This document shows positions 52,155 to 59,683 of a stretch of 64,000 nt of DNA, piece by piece. A program made the position numbers and the translations under genes. Source of the DNA: a virus; IMG/VR virus record IMGVR_UViG_3300005529_000001, positions 144,882 to 208,881 of that record; one strand, 5' to 3'. The notes under the pieces were generated by a model. It ran no database searches, had not been told where the DNA came from, and worked only from the letters and a program-made list of their open reading frames with translations. Each line of letters opens with the position of its first letter. Within the stretch, counting starts at the first letter, position 1.

Positions 52155-52682
52155 TCACGGCGTGACGGTGAGTGTTCCCTTCATCATCATGTAATGGCCG
52201 GGGAACGTGCAGATGTACGGGTACTTGCCCGCCTCGGGCGCGGTAAACGTGACCTCAGTGCTCTCGCCCGCCTTTGCCTGCGGCGTGAACGTCATCAGGT
52301 CATGGTCCCTGACATCAACGTATCCCGCTCTCTCGCCCATGTTGAGACCGTGAAGCGCAACGCTCGCTTCAGTCCCAGGCCTCACCAGTGCCCAGTTGTG
52401 CTGCATGGTGGTCATCGTCGAGTTGTTCTTGAAAACGAGGTGAACCTCGGCACCCGTTGGGACCGTCAGAGTTACCTTGTCAAACCTCATCTCGTTGCCG
52501 ACGCTAGCAACTTGCAACTCGACGTGAACAGCCGGTGGTTTGGGAGCCTCAACGACGGACGGTGTCGGGGCTGGAGCCACAACGGTGGGTGCGGGTGGAG
52601 CAACGTTCTGCTGGGGAGCGGGCTTTCCGCAAGCGAAACAAGCGACAGTCGCTAGAGCGATCAGGTGAGCTTTCATGGCCAC
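52155..52682 (-). CDS. Azurin-like type-1 copper protein (cupredoxin), lipoprotein with Pro/Ala-rich linker
   Basis: YPYICTFPGHYMMMKGTLTV matches the azurin Cys-x2-Pro-Gly-His-x4-Met copper site (YMFFCTFPGHSALMKGTLTL). GNEMRFDKVTLTV and MQHNWAL match the azurin N-terminal region including the His46-equivalent ligand. Signal plus Cys lipobox, then an APAPTPSVVEAPKPP linker. Confidence 0.75.
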   Translation of the reverse strand: MAMKAHLIALATVACFACGKPAPQQNVAPPAPTVVAPAPTPSVVEAPKPPAVHVELQVASVGNEMRFDKVTLTVPTGAEVHLVFKNNSTMTTMQHNWALVRPGTEASVALHGLNMGERAGYVDVRDHDLMTFTPQAKAGESTEVTFTAPEAGKYPYICTFPGHYMMMKGTLTVTP

Positions 52683-52713
52683 AAAGTAGGCCCCCGCACC
52701 GCTCGTGTTCAGC

Positions 52714-52722
52714 CATACTTAC
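52714..52722 (+). promoter_or_regulatory. CATACTTAC promoter-like motif upstream of 52728-53687
   Basis: Plus-sense agCCATACTTACccatcATG in the divergent intergenic region with the azurin gene. Confidence 0.35.
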
Positions 52723-52727
52723 CCATC

Positions 52728-53687
52728 ATGAAACCACAGCTGACAGAAGCTCACGTTGCCGAGATCATGGAACACTTGCTGGAGCGTTTCGGCGAGCCCA
52801 TCGGCGATGCACAGGGTGATCGCCAAGGGATCCCATCCAAGGGCGGTCGCAAGGAAAAGATGGGCAACCGGGGCTTCGGTGCGAAGCTTGAACACGTCGG
52901 GCTGCCCGGAGCGTGTGGGGGTTGTGGCGGCATGATGGGAATCGAGGGCGACACTTGCACTAACTGCGGCGAGATGCCCAACGCCCTGGAGCCCTCTCCC
53001 AGCCCGCCCAAGACTGCAGGCAACAGCGTCGCCATCGTTGTCAAGGGATCAACACCCGAGGGTGGCAGCCGCGGGGGCAAGTTCGCCCAGGGCCTGAAGG
53101 TCAAGGACATGGACGGCATCCCATCAACGGGATCAGGCCGGGGCACGCAAGCTCCGGCATCCCCTCCGAAACCGATGCCCAAGGCTCCGGCTCCCGGTCC
53201 AGCTGAGCCCACCCCCATGCCAGCAACGCTCGATCAGGCTGACCTTGCGGGTGCTGATGAGCTCGACGAAGAGTCGACAGAAGACAAGCAAGAGCGTCTG
53301 CACTATGATATCGACCGTGATGGCGAGGTTGGTGAGAGCCCGGAACACCGTGAGAAGGTTCTTGGTCACGAAGACGATGAGCTCGACGAAGATGCGATGC
53401 CAAGCGGCAGCTCTTCGCCCCCTCCTCCCCCGTCTAGCAGCTCTCCCGCTCCAGCACCAAAGCCACCGTCGCCCCCGCCATCATCAGGTGGATCATCACC
53501 CCCTCCCCCAAGCGGCGGGTCGTCATCGTCTCCGCCGCCCGCTGAGGAGATGCAGGAAGACATGGACCTCGATGAGGTCACGCCTCCCGGACGTGAGAAG
53601 CAAGTCAAAGCCCTGAAAAAGAAGGGCGACGTCAAGAACCCATGGGCAGTCGCTTGGTCTTCCTACAACAAGAGTCACAAGAAGTGA
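52728..53687 (+). CDS. Intrinsically disordered Pro/Ser/acidic-rich protein with CTS-like N-terminus
   Basis: Start set at the ATG (MKPQLTEAHVAEIMEHLLE), 5 nt downstream of CATACTTAC. The GTG extension would overlap the divergent azurin start. SSSPPPPPSSSSPAPAPKPPSPPP repeats. Confidence 0.45.
   Translation: MKPQLTEAHVAEIMEHLLERFGEPIGDAQGDRQGIPSKGGRKEKMGNRGFGAKLEHVGLPGACGGCGGMMGIEGDTCTNCGEMPNALEPSPSPPKTAGNSVAIVVKGSTPEGGSRGGKFAQGLKVKDMDGIPSTGSGRGTQAPASPPKPMPKAPAPGPAEPTPMPATLDQADLAGADELDEESTEDKQERLHYDIDRDGEVGESPEHREKVLGHEDDELDEDAMPSGSSSPPPPPSSSSPAPAPKPPSPPPSSGGSSPPPPSGGSSSSPPPAEEMQEDMDLDEVTPPGREKQVKALKKKGDVKNPWAVAWSSYNKSHKK
53395..53545 (+). repeat. Coding low-complexity repeat encoding SSSPPPPP/SGGSSPPPP units
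   Basis: Direct reading within 52728-53687. Confidence 0.35.
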
Positions 53688-53689
53688 CC

Positions 53690-54004
53690 ATGAAAACAAC
53701 AGTTGGTAATTTGAAGGCGATGGTTGCTCAAGTCATCGCTGAAACCCGTGGTCACCTCAACCCACAGGAAGTGCTGACCACATACGAAGACCTGTACATC
53801 AACTCGGTCAGGAACAACCGCGCTGGTGACCACGCTATGGGCCCGGCGGGAGTTGTCCCGCTGGAGACGCTAGCCAGCATGCTCGGTGCATCGCCCGAAC
53901 AGCTCGCTGCTGTGATGCACAAAGCGGGTCTGATTGTTGATCGTGACGGCAACGTGGTCGAGCGCGGCAACACGCCGCCCCCGATGAAAGCCGTCAAGGG
54001 CTAA
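53690..54004 (+). CDS. MKTT-family small protein
   Basis: Start set at the ATG 2 nt after the upstream TGA. N-terminus MKTTVGNLKAMVAQVIAETRG. Confidence 0.5.
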   Translation: MKTTVGNLKAMVAQVIAETRGHLNPQEVLTTYEDLYINSVRNNRAGDHAMGPAGVVPLETLASMLGASPEQLAAVMHKAGLIVDRDGNVVERGNTPPPMKAVKG

Positions 54005-54008
54005 GGGC

Positions 54009-55193
54009 TTAGTTCAGTGAGACGGTGAAGCCGACCTTTGAAAGGTCGACTGGGTGGGTCGTCCACTGGAGCCTGATGGGCTCACCTGCCGCAGCTTGCC
54101 TCTTGTTCCAGTGCTCGCAGAACATGTCGAGCGCTCGCTCGTCGATTGCACGGAAAGAACCACCGTGAGGCAACCAGCCGATGACAGGCATCGGGGTGAC
54201 CTTGGTGTTGCCCTCGCCGAGACGGTACTTGCGAATCGCCATCGGGAGCTGCCCTTCCTGGACGCGGAACAACGTCTTGGCTTGCTCGATGAACTGCTCA
54301 CCCGTCAGACGGGCCTCAACCAGCTTGCGGACCGGGTCTTCGACCTCGTTGAGCTCGGGCAGCATGCCCTCGTTCAGGGCCTCTTCCTCTGCCTGTTGCT
54401 CGAGGTAAGCAAGCGTTGACTTGAGGGCGTTCTCTCTCAGAGAGTTTCGTTCCATGGCGAGTTCTTCCTTTTCTTTGATCAGGTCTTTGACACACTTCAG
54501 AAGCTTGGTTTCGTCGATCTCAATCAATGACGTTGCCTTGATGCTGTTGCAGAATCGACGGACCGCCAACTCTTCCCAAGCGTATTCAATGTTACGTCCG
54601 TACTCGTGCATCAATCGCCAAGCTTGCTGGCGGTACCAAGTCTCGCTAAGTTCGGGACCCGGCGCGGTCTTGGCTGCGTCGCCGTAAGCTTCCGCGCCCT
54701 CAACCGGGTCATGGCCCATCGGTTCAGCCTTGGGTTGGGAGACACCTGCCTCATGGAGCTTAGCTGCCTTGCGCTTGCGATAGATGAGACGCAGTTCATC
54801 ATCATTCTTGAACTTCTTCAACATCTCGCGGACAGTCTCGAGCGGGACGCGGCTGGCGACGATGTGACGGACCTTGGGCTCAGCATCGCTCGTCAGCTTG
54901 CCAAGGAATTTCTCGGGCACCACACGTGCCGCGAACTCACGGACTGACGGGTGACGGTGATCGAGGAAACCCGTTGTCACTTGAGCGAGGAAATCAAACC
55001 GAGACGAACGTCCCGTGCGGTCAAGGACATCCATCCAGCTGTTTGCTGACTGGACAACGTCTTCGATCCGGCCTTCAATGATGACCGCTGGACCAAGGAC
55101 GCGCTTGATCTCATTCTTGAGTTCCTCAACTGCCCTCTCTTCGTCGAGGGTCCGCTTGACAGCGGCCTGTAGGTCCCTGAGGTTCAGACGCAT
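54009..55193 (-). CDS. Hypothetical protein with CTS-like N-terminus
   Basis: 394 aa. MRLNLRDLQAAVKRTLDEE. CATACTTAC promoter-like motif plus AGGAG SD upstream. Confidence 0.45.
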   Translation of the reverse strand: MRLNLRDLQAAVKRTLDEERAVEELKNEIKRVLGPAVIIEGRIEDVVQSANSWMDVLDRTGRSSRFDFLAQVTTGFLDHRHPSVREFAARVVPEKFLGKLTSDAEPKVRHIVASRVPLETVREMLKKFKNDDELRLIYRKRKAAKLHEAGVSQPKAEPMGHDPVEGAEAYGDAAKTAPGPELSETWYRQQAWRLMHEYGRNIEYAWEELAVRRFCNSIKATSLIEIDETKLLKCVKDLIKEKEELAMERNSLRENALKSTLAYLEQQAEEEALNEGMLPELNEVEDPVRKLVEARLTGEQFIEQAKTLFRVQEGQLPMAIRKYRLGEGNTKVTPMPVIGWLPHGGSFRAIDERALDMFCEHWNKRQAAAGEPIRLQWTTHPVDLSKVGFTVSLN

Positions 55194-55212
55194 GCGTGCA
55201 CGGCTCCTGGGG

Positions 55213-55221
55213 GTAAGTATG
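55213..55221 (-). promoter_or_regulatory. CATACTTAC promoter-like motif upstream of 54009-55193
   Basis: Minus-sense CCATACTTACccccAGGAGccgtgcacgcATG. Confidence 0.35.
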
Positions 55222-55225
55222 GCCC

Positions 55226-55450
55226 TCAGGGGCGTCCCCTCTTCATCGGTCGAGACAGTCCCATCTTCTCAAGGTACGAGCTGATCTGCTTCTTGACATC
55301 GTTGGGCACCATGACGCTTTCTTTCTGGTGCGCAGGATCGTCTTCGAGCAGCTCGCTATATGTCTCGTCAGGCCGGGAGCCACCCCAACAATCGGGTTCG
55401 ATCTCCTCAGATAACAGGTTCCGTAGCTGGCCCAGGGTTAAGCGCATCAA
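55226..55450 (-). CDS. Small protein with CTS-like N-terminus
   Basis: MMRLTLGQLRNLLSEEIEPD. 74 aa. Confidence 0.4.
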   Translation of the reverse strand: MMRLTLGQLRNLLSEEIEPDCWGGSRPDETYSELLEDDPAHQKESVMVPNDVKKQISSYLEKMGLSRPMKRGRP

Positions 55451-55824
55451 GCACCCTCAAGGGGGAACCAATCATCACGGTGTGGGTCCCAGGTTGCCAG
55501 CTCGACTTGCGGCATCTCAGCCATCGAGACCCGTAATTGCTGTCCGATCTTGAACCACAACGACCGGGCCTTGATGACCTGTGGATCGTCAGCAAACGGG
55601 TAATCTGGGAACATGTCAGGAACGACTTCGGCCCACGCGTCAGCAGCGCCGGGGAACATGTGCTCGACCTGGGCAGTTGACAGCTCTTGGTTCTCTTCTT
55701 CGACCTTGCCGAGCTTGAATTGCCGGCCGCCGGGCTTAGTCTTTCGCAGGCCTCCTGACGGTGTCCCGAACTCGTTCAGAGCCTCAGCAAGCAGCTGCCG
55801 GACCTTGCCCCATGTCGTTTTCAT
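55447..55824 (-). CDS. MKTT-family protein
   Basis: MKTTWGKVRQLLAEALNE. 4-nt overlap with the downstream gene. Confidence 0.45.
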   Translation of the reverse strand: MKTTWGKVRQLLAEALNEFGTPSGGLRKTKPGGRQFKLGKVEEENQELSTAQVEHMFPGAADAWAEVVPDMFPDYPFADDPQVIKARSLWFKIGQQLRVSMAEMPQVELATWDPHRDDWFPLEGA

Positions 55825-56007
55825 GGAGACTAAATACCACGATCTCCCTGTCTAGACGCCGACGAGCACGGCGGAGACCCTTCTTGCGTCCCCACCGCCA
55901 GCTCGCGTGGCGTTTCTTGTCACGGTAGCACGGGACCATGCCCGCGTGGAGACCGTCCCAACCGTGCATGCTGGGACGCTGAGCGCGGATAACGCTAGCC
56001 GCCGCGC

Positions 56008-56538
56008 TCACTCTTCCCTCGGGATGAACGTGTCCCAGTCCTCGTGCCAGCTGTCGCTACGAAGCGCGTCCCAGAAGTGCAGGGAAGTCGGGTTCACCGG
56101 CTTCTTCAGCAACTTCATGCCCGCTTCTTCGGGCGTCTGACAGTCTTTCCGCCTGTTGCACGGGCGACAAGCTGACACACAGTTCAGCCACGATGTGGGC
56201 CCACCACGGGCCTGGGGCATGACGTGGTCAATGGTGATCGACTGCCATCCTAGCTTGGTCCCGCAGTACTGGCACTTCCAACCGTCGCGGTTGAACAGCA
56301 CCTTCTTGCGAAAACGCGGTGGCTTCCACTTCTTCTTGACCCACTTGAGGACGCGGATCGTGGCCGGGACACGGATCGAGGTGGAGGGCGAGCTCCAGAC
56401 CTCGTCCCACTCAGACGGTTTGCCCGTCGCAGTGTTGACGTAGACCTCCGCGCGCCCCTTGTAGAAGAGGATGATCGCCTCCTCGTCCGACACAAAGTGC
56501 AACGGAGTAAAATCCGAATTGAGCAGCAGGGCTCTCAC
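56008..56538 (-). CDS. HNH endonuclease
   Basis: CQYCGTKLGWQSITIDHVMPQARGGPTSWLNCVSACRPCNRRK (HNH motif with Zn Cys pairs). GTG start. Confidence 0.65.
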   Translation of the reverse strand: MRALLLNSDFTPLHFVSDEEAIILFYKGRAEVYVNTATGKPSEWDEVWSSPSTSIRVPATIRVLKWVKKKWKPPRFRKKVLFNRDGWKCQYCGTKLGWQSITIDHVMPQARGGPTSWLNCVSACRPCNRRKDCQTPEEAGMKLLKKPVNPTSLHFWDALRSDSWHEDWDTFIPREE

Positions 56539-56605
56539 TGTACGTCACGTCTCCCATCTCGCCAGTTTTCACAATCCTATATCTAGGACGCACGATTGTG
56601 CACCG

Positions 56606-56992
56606 TCATTTGAAGGTAATCGAGTGACCGCAGCCACACCGTGACGCTTCACGAGGATTGTCAAACTCAAAACCCTGCTTCATCAACGTCTTTGTCCAAC
56701 TCACTGTTGAACCCGACAAGTAAATGGCTGACTTCTTGTCAACCATGAAAATCAAGCCGCCCTCTTGCCATGAAATGTCCCTGAGTCCGGGCATGTCGTA
56801 CTCGAAACCAAGGTAGTAAGTGAAACCCGAGCAACCCCCGCCCGTCAGCCCAAACCGGTAACCCACAGGACCCATTCCGGGATCCCTCTCGCCCAGCGCC
56901 AGCTGCTTCTGGAACTGCTCGAGGGCCTCAGGAGTAATCTTGACGACGGGGTCCATTGCCACACCGTACCGAGAACGCAAATTCTTGTTCAA
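56606..56992 (-). CDS. IscA/HesB/ErpA-type iron-sulfur cluster insertion protein
   Basis: GGGCSGFTYYLGF and C-terminal CGCGHSITF signature Cys residues. Confidence 0.7.
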   Translation of the reverse strand: MNKNLRSRYGVAMDPVVKITPEALEQFQKQLALGERDPGMGPVGYRFGLTGGGCSGFTYYLGFEYDMPGLRDISWQEGGLIFMVDKKSAIYLSGSTVSWTKTLMKQGFEFDNPREASRCGCGHSITFK

Positions 56993-57942
56993 GCCATCGC
57001 AAAGTCAAACGATACCATGCCGGTGTCAGCATCCATGGTGCACATCGCGCCGACGGGCACCGGGATCGTCCAGTCACCGTGAGAGAAGCTATAACCGTAC
57101 ACGCAAGGTGGTCCCTCGCTCAGGTACTGCACCAAGACGTCATCGATGCTTGGGACTTTGCCGTCACGCTTCTGGGGTACGTCGCAGAACTCCCCGACCA
57201 CGATGCCCGCGATCTTGTCAAGGACTCCGGCGAGCCTACAATGGATCAGGAGACGAGCGATCACCTCTCCGTCCTTGTGAACGTCCTCGATGAAGAGGAT
57301 CGCGCCTTCAAAATCAGGACAGAATGGCGAACCGAGCAACGTGCAAAAAGTGTCAAGGTTGCCACCGATGATGTGGCCCCGGGCTTTTCCGGGTGATACC
57401 GTCCTGGGCATGTATTGGTTGATGGTGAAGGGCTTCTGCTCCCATGGCTCGGGCGACATCATGAACTGCGTCGCAAACCGCAACGACTCTTCGTCGGTGT
57501 AACGAAAGTGTTGGCCCTCGTCAACCCGGATCGCTGGGTACTGCCCGTTGATGCTGATCAAGCCCGCTCCGGCAAGGATGCCGTTGTTTAGAGCGGTGAT
57601 GTCGCTGAGGCCGATGAGTGCACGTTGGCTCTGGCGGATCGCGCCATAATCAAGGTACGGGAGCAGCTCACCTGAACCCATGCCGCCGAGACAGGTATAG
57701 ATGCCCTCGATTCCTGGCGCGGTGAATGCCCACATCAGCTCCTCCACCCGGTCCATCAAGGGGGCCGCGTGGATGTCTAACGTGTTGAGGGTCTTGACAT
57801 TCTTGCCCAAGACGGGCTCTAAGCCACATTCCTTGATGATATCAAGGCCAGCAACGAGCTCGTCAGTCCGGATGGGCGAAGCAGGAGCAACAATGGCTAC
57901 ACGCGCACCAGGGTTGATCCTCTTGGGAGCGATGAAGGGCAT
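56989..57942 (-). CDS. Peptidase S66 family LD-carboxypeptidase (LdcA/MccF-like)
   Basis: N-terminal ARVAIVAPASP motif typical of S66. Start set at the ATG (MPFIAPK), 5 nt downstream of CCTACTTAG. Overlaps the IscA gene start by 4 nt. Confidence 0.6.
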   Translation of the reverse strand: MPFIAPKRINPGARVAIVAPASPIRTDELVAGLDIIKECGLEPVLGKNVKTLNTLDIHAAPLMDRVEELMWAFTAPGIEGIYTCLGGMGSGELLPYLDYGAIRQSQRALIGLSDITALNNGILAGAGLISINGQYPAIRVDEGQHFRYTDEESLRFATQFMMSPEPWEQKPFTINQYMPRTVSPGKARGHIIGGNLDTFCTLLGSPFCPDFEGAILFIEDVHKDGEVIARLLIHCRLAGVLDKIAGIVVGEFCDVPQKRDGKVPSIDDVLVQYLSEGPPCVYGYSFSHGDWTIPVPVGAMCTMDADTGMVSFDFAMA

Positions 57943-57947
57943 CGACC

Positions 57948-57956
57948 CTAAGTAGG
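57948..57956 (-). promoter_or_regulatory. CCTACTTAG promoter-like motif upstream of S66 peptidase gene
   Basis: Minus-sense gaCCTACTTAGggtcgATG. Confidence 0.3.
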
Positions 57957-58892
57957 TCACTTCGGGGGCATGCGGCGATGGATCTCCTGCATTGCAAGGT
58001 CGTACTTTAGGGGCTCCTGGAACCAGGTTGACAGCTCCAACAGCTGCTCACCCGTCATGTGTCGCATCGCGGGACCCAACATGGTCTGTATGACTTTGGG
58101 CGAAGTCAGGATGAACCTTCGTAGTTTGTCGAGCCTCTGGAGACGCTCGTCGTTCGGGTTGAGCTTCTGGATGTCTTCGATGTGGGAGGCTTTCCAGTCA
58201 AGCGTCTTTGATACGAGACGCATGATGTGATCCGCGACGGCGGGGGTCACGCTCTGGTAACGTTTGCGATGCAGCCATTTGAAGACGCGGTTTATCGTCC
58301 ACTTAGACTCCCACGTCACAACGTGAAGCATCCTCTCGCGTTCTAACATCTCCAGGTGCTCTGGGAAGACGAGTGAGTCTTCTGTCACCGCGACCATGCC
58401 GTTGTAGATGTCAAATCGTGATAGCTGTTCGACGATGGGCGCCACGTACTGGGTGATGACTTGGACACGCGCATCCCCATCAACTAGGTACTCAATCGCA
58501 GTGTTCGTCACTGTTGGAGTGATCTGTAACCCAGTCAACGACAACAACTTGGGAGAGTGCGTGAACGCCGTCAGGTTCTTCACGTGTGGGAACCAAACGT
58601 CAATGTCACCGCATCCAGCGTTTTGAAAAGGGCCAAGATCTGCGTCAAGTCGCTTTGGAGCACCTAGATGCATGCGAACTGCGTTCCATAACTCACCTTC
58701 ATCCGGCATGGGTTCCAACAACCCAAACTGGTTCCGTGCCAGGATGTTGGCAAAACCACCCGCGATATAACCACCGTTCTCGAATGCTGCTTCGAGCAAG
58801 GTCCTCGTCGTACGCTTCAGCGTAAAATTGTTAGCCATCATCTGAAGGAATGGCTTTGGAAGCTTGACGGTCTTGAAGTTCAGATCTTCCAT
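57957..58892 (-). CDS. Hypothetical protein with possible nucleotidyltransferase-like GGx...GDIDV motif
   Basis: GGYIAGGFANILARNQ...GCGDIDVWF fits the GG/GS...DxD minimal NTase pattern. 311 aa. Confidence 0.35.
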   Translation of the reverse strand: MEDLNFKTVKLPKPFLQMMANNFTLKRTTRTLLEAAFENGGYIAGGFANILARNQFGLLEPMPDEGELWNAVRMHLGAPKRLDADLGPFQNAGCGDIDVWFPHVKNLTAFTHSPKLLSLTGLQITPTVTNTAIEYLVDGDARVQVITQYVAPIVEQLSRFDIYNGMVAVTEDSLVFPEHLEMLERERMLHVVTWESKWTINRVFKWLHRKRYQSVTPAVADHIMRLVSKTLDWKASHIEDIQKLNPNDERLQRLDKLRRFILTSPKVIQTMLGPAMRHMTGEQLLELSTWFQEPLKYDLAMQEIHRRMPPK

Positions 58893-59680
58893 GACACGTC
58901 CACACCATCAAAACGCTTCTGCATCGTCTCGATGGCCCAGGGACTCGTGTCAGCTAACGTAAAGCTCCTGCCATGGACATGTGCAGCATCGCCCGTTGTC
59001 CCACTACCAGCGAACACGTCCATGACGTGGCCGCCCGGTGGGCTGCTGGCAAGCACCGCTCGTTCGATCAACAACCTGGGCTTTTGGGTGGGGTATCCGT
59101 TCCGTTCTTTGGCGTTGGTCCCAATGATACCGATGTCCCAAACGTCAGTGGGAACCTTGCCAAGAGCGATCCTCTCCTCAGCTTCTTCAGGTGACCTGCC
59201 CACGCGTTGCATCTCAGGTGCCTTGTAGGGTACCCGTGGGATGTCATCCCAGCTGAAGATGTGCTGGTCTTCTTCGCGCGAGTAAACGAGGATGTTGTCG
59301 TGTTTCTTGGGCCAGCATCGCTTGCCTCGGCCTCCAAAATCATAGGCCCAGATGATCTCATTCAAGAAGTTCTCAGCACCGAAAACTTCATCGCACATAA
59401 CCTTGGCCCGATGGACCCAGTGATGGTCGAGGTGGAGATACATGCTGCCAGTTGGCTTCAACACACGTCGGATGCCCTCAACGTGCATCTGCAACCAAGC
59501 AACGTAGTTCTTGTTGGGATCCTCGAACTCGACAAAGCTCATCACCTCACCCGCTTTCTTGCGAGCAAGGGTCTGCTTGTGTCCGGTACCAAACGGCGGG
59601 TCAATGTAAACGAGATCCACGCTGGCTTCGGGCGTCTGTCCAAGAACGCCCATCGCGTTGCAGTGCCAGACAGTGTTCAC
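58880..59680 (-). CDS. DNA N6-adenine/N4-cytosine methyltransferase (beta-class)
   Basis: Motif IV VDLVYIDPPFGTG near the N-terminus and motif I VFAGSGTTGDAA near the C-terminus (beta permutation). Confidence 0.7.
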   Translation of the reverse strand: MNTVWHCNAMGVLGQTPEASVDLVYIDPPFGTGHKQTLARKKAGEVMSFVEFEDPNKNYVAWLQMHVEGIRRVLKPTGSMYLHLDHHWVHRAKVMCDEVFGAENFLNEIIWAYDFGGRGKRCWPKKHDNILVYSREEDQHIFSWDDIPRVPYKAPEMQRVGRSPEEAEERIALGKVPTDVWDIGIIGTNAKERNGYPTQKPRLLIERAVLASSPPGGHVMDVFAGSGTTGDAAHVHGRSFTLADTSPWAIETMQKRFDGVDVSWKI

Positions 59681-59683
59681 TTT

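Noticed and set aside
52155-52682. Neisseria origin suggested by the Laz-like lipid-modified azurin architecture
   Set aside because: Searched by eye for the Neisseria DNA uptake sequence (GCCGTCTGAA / TTCAGACGGC) and found none, only a near-miss TTCAGACGC at about 55185. Host assignment is left open.
55784-56011. 75-aa Arg-rich ORF between 55824 and 56008
   Set aside because: Composition (RRARRRL, GRKKGLRRARRR) looks like a GC-rich non-coding or leader region translated out of frame. No SD and no motif.
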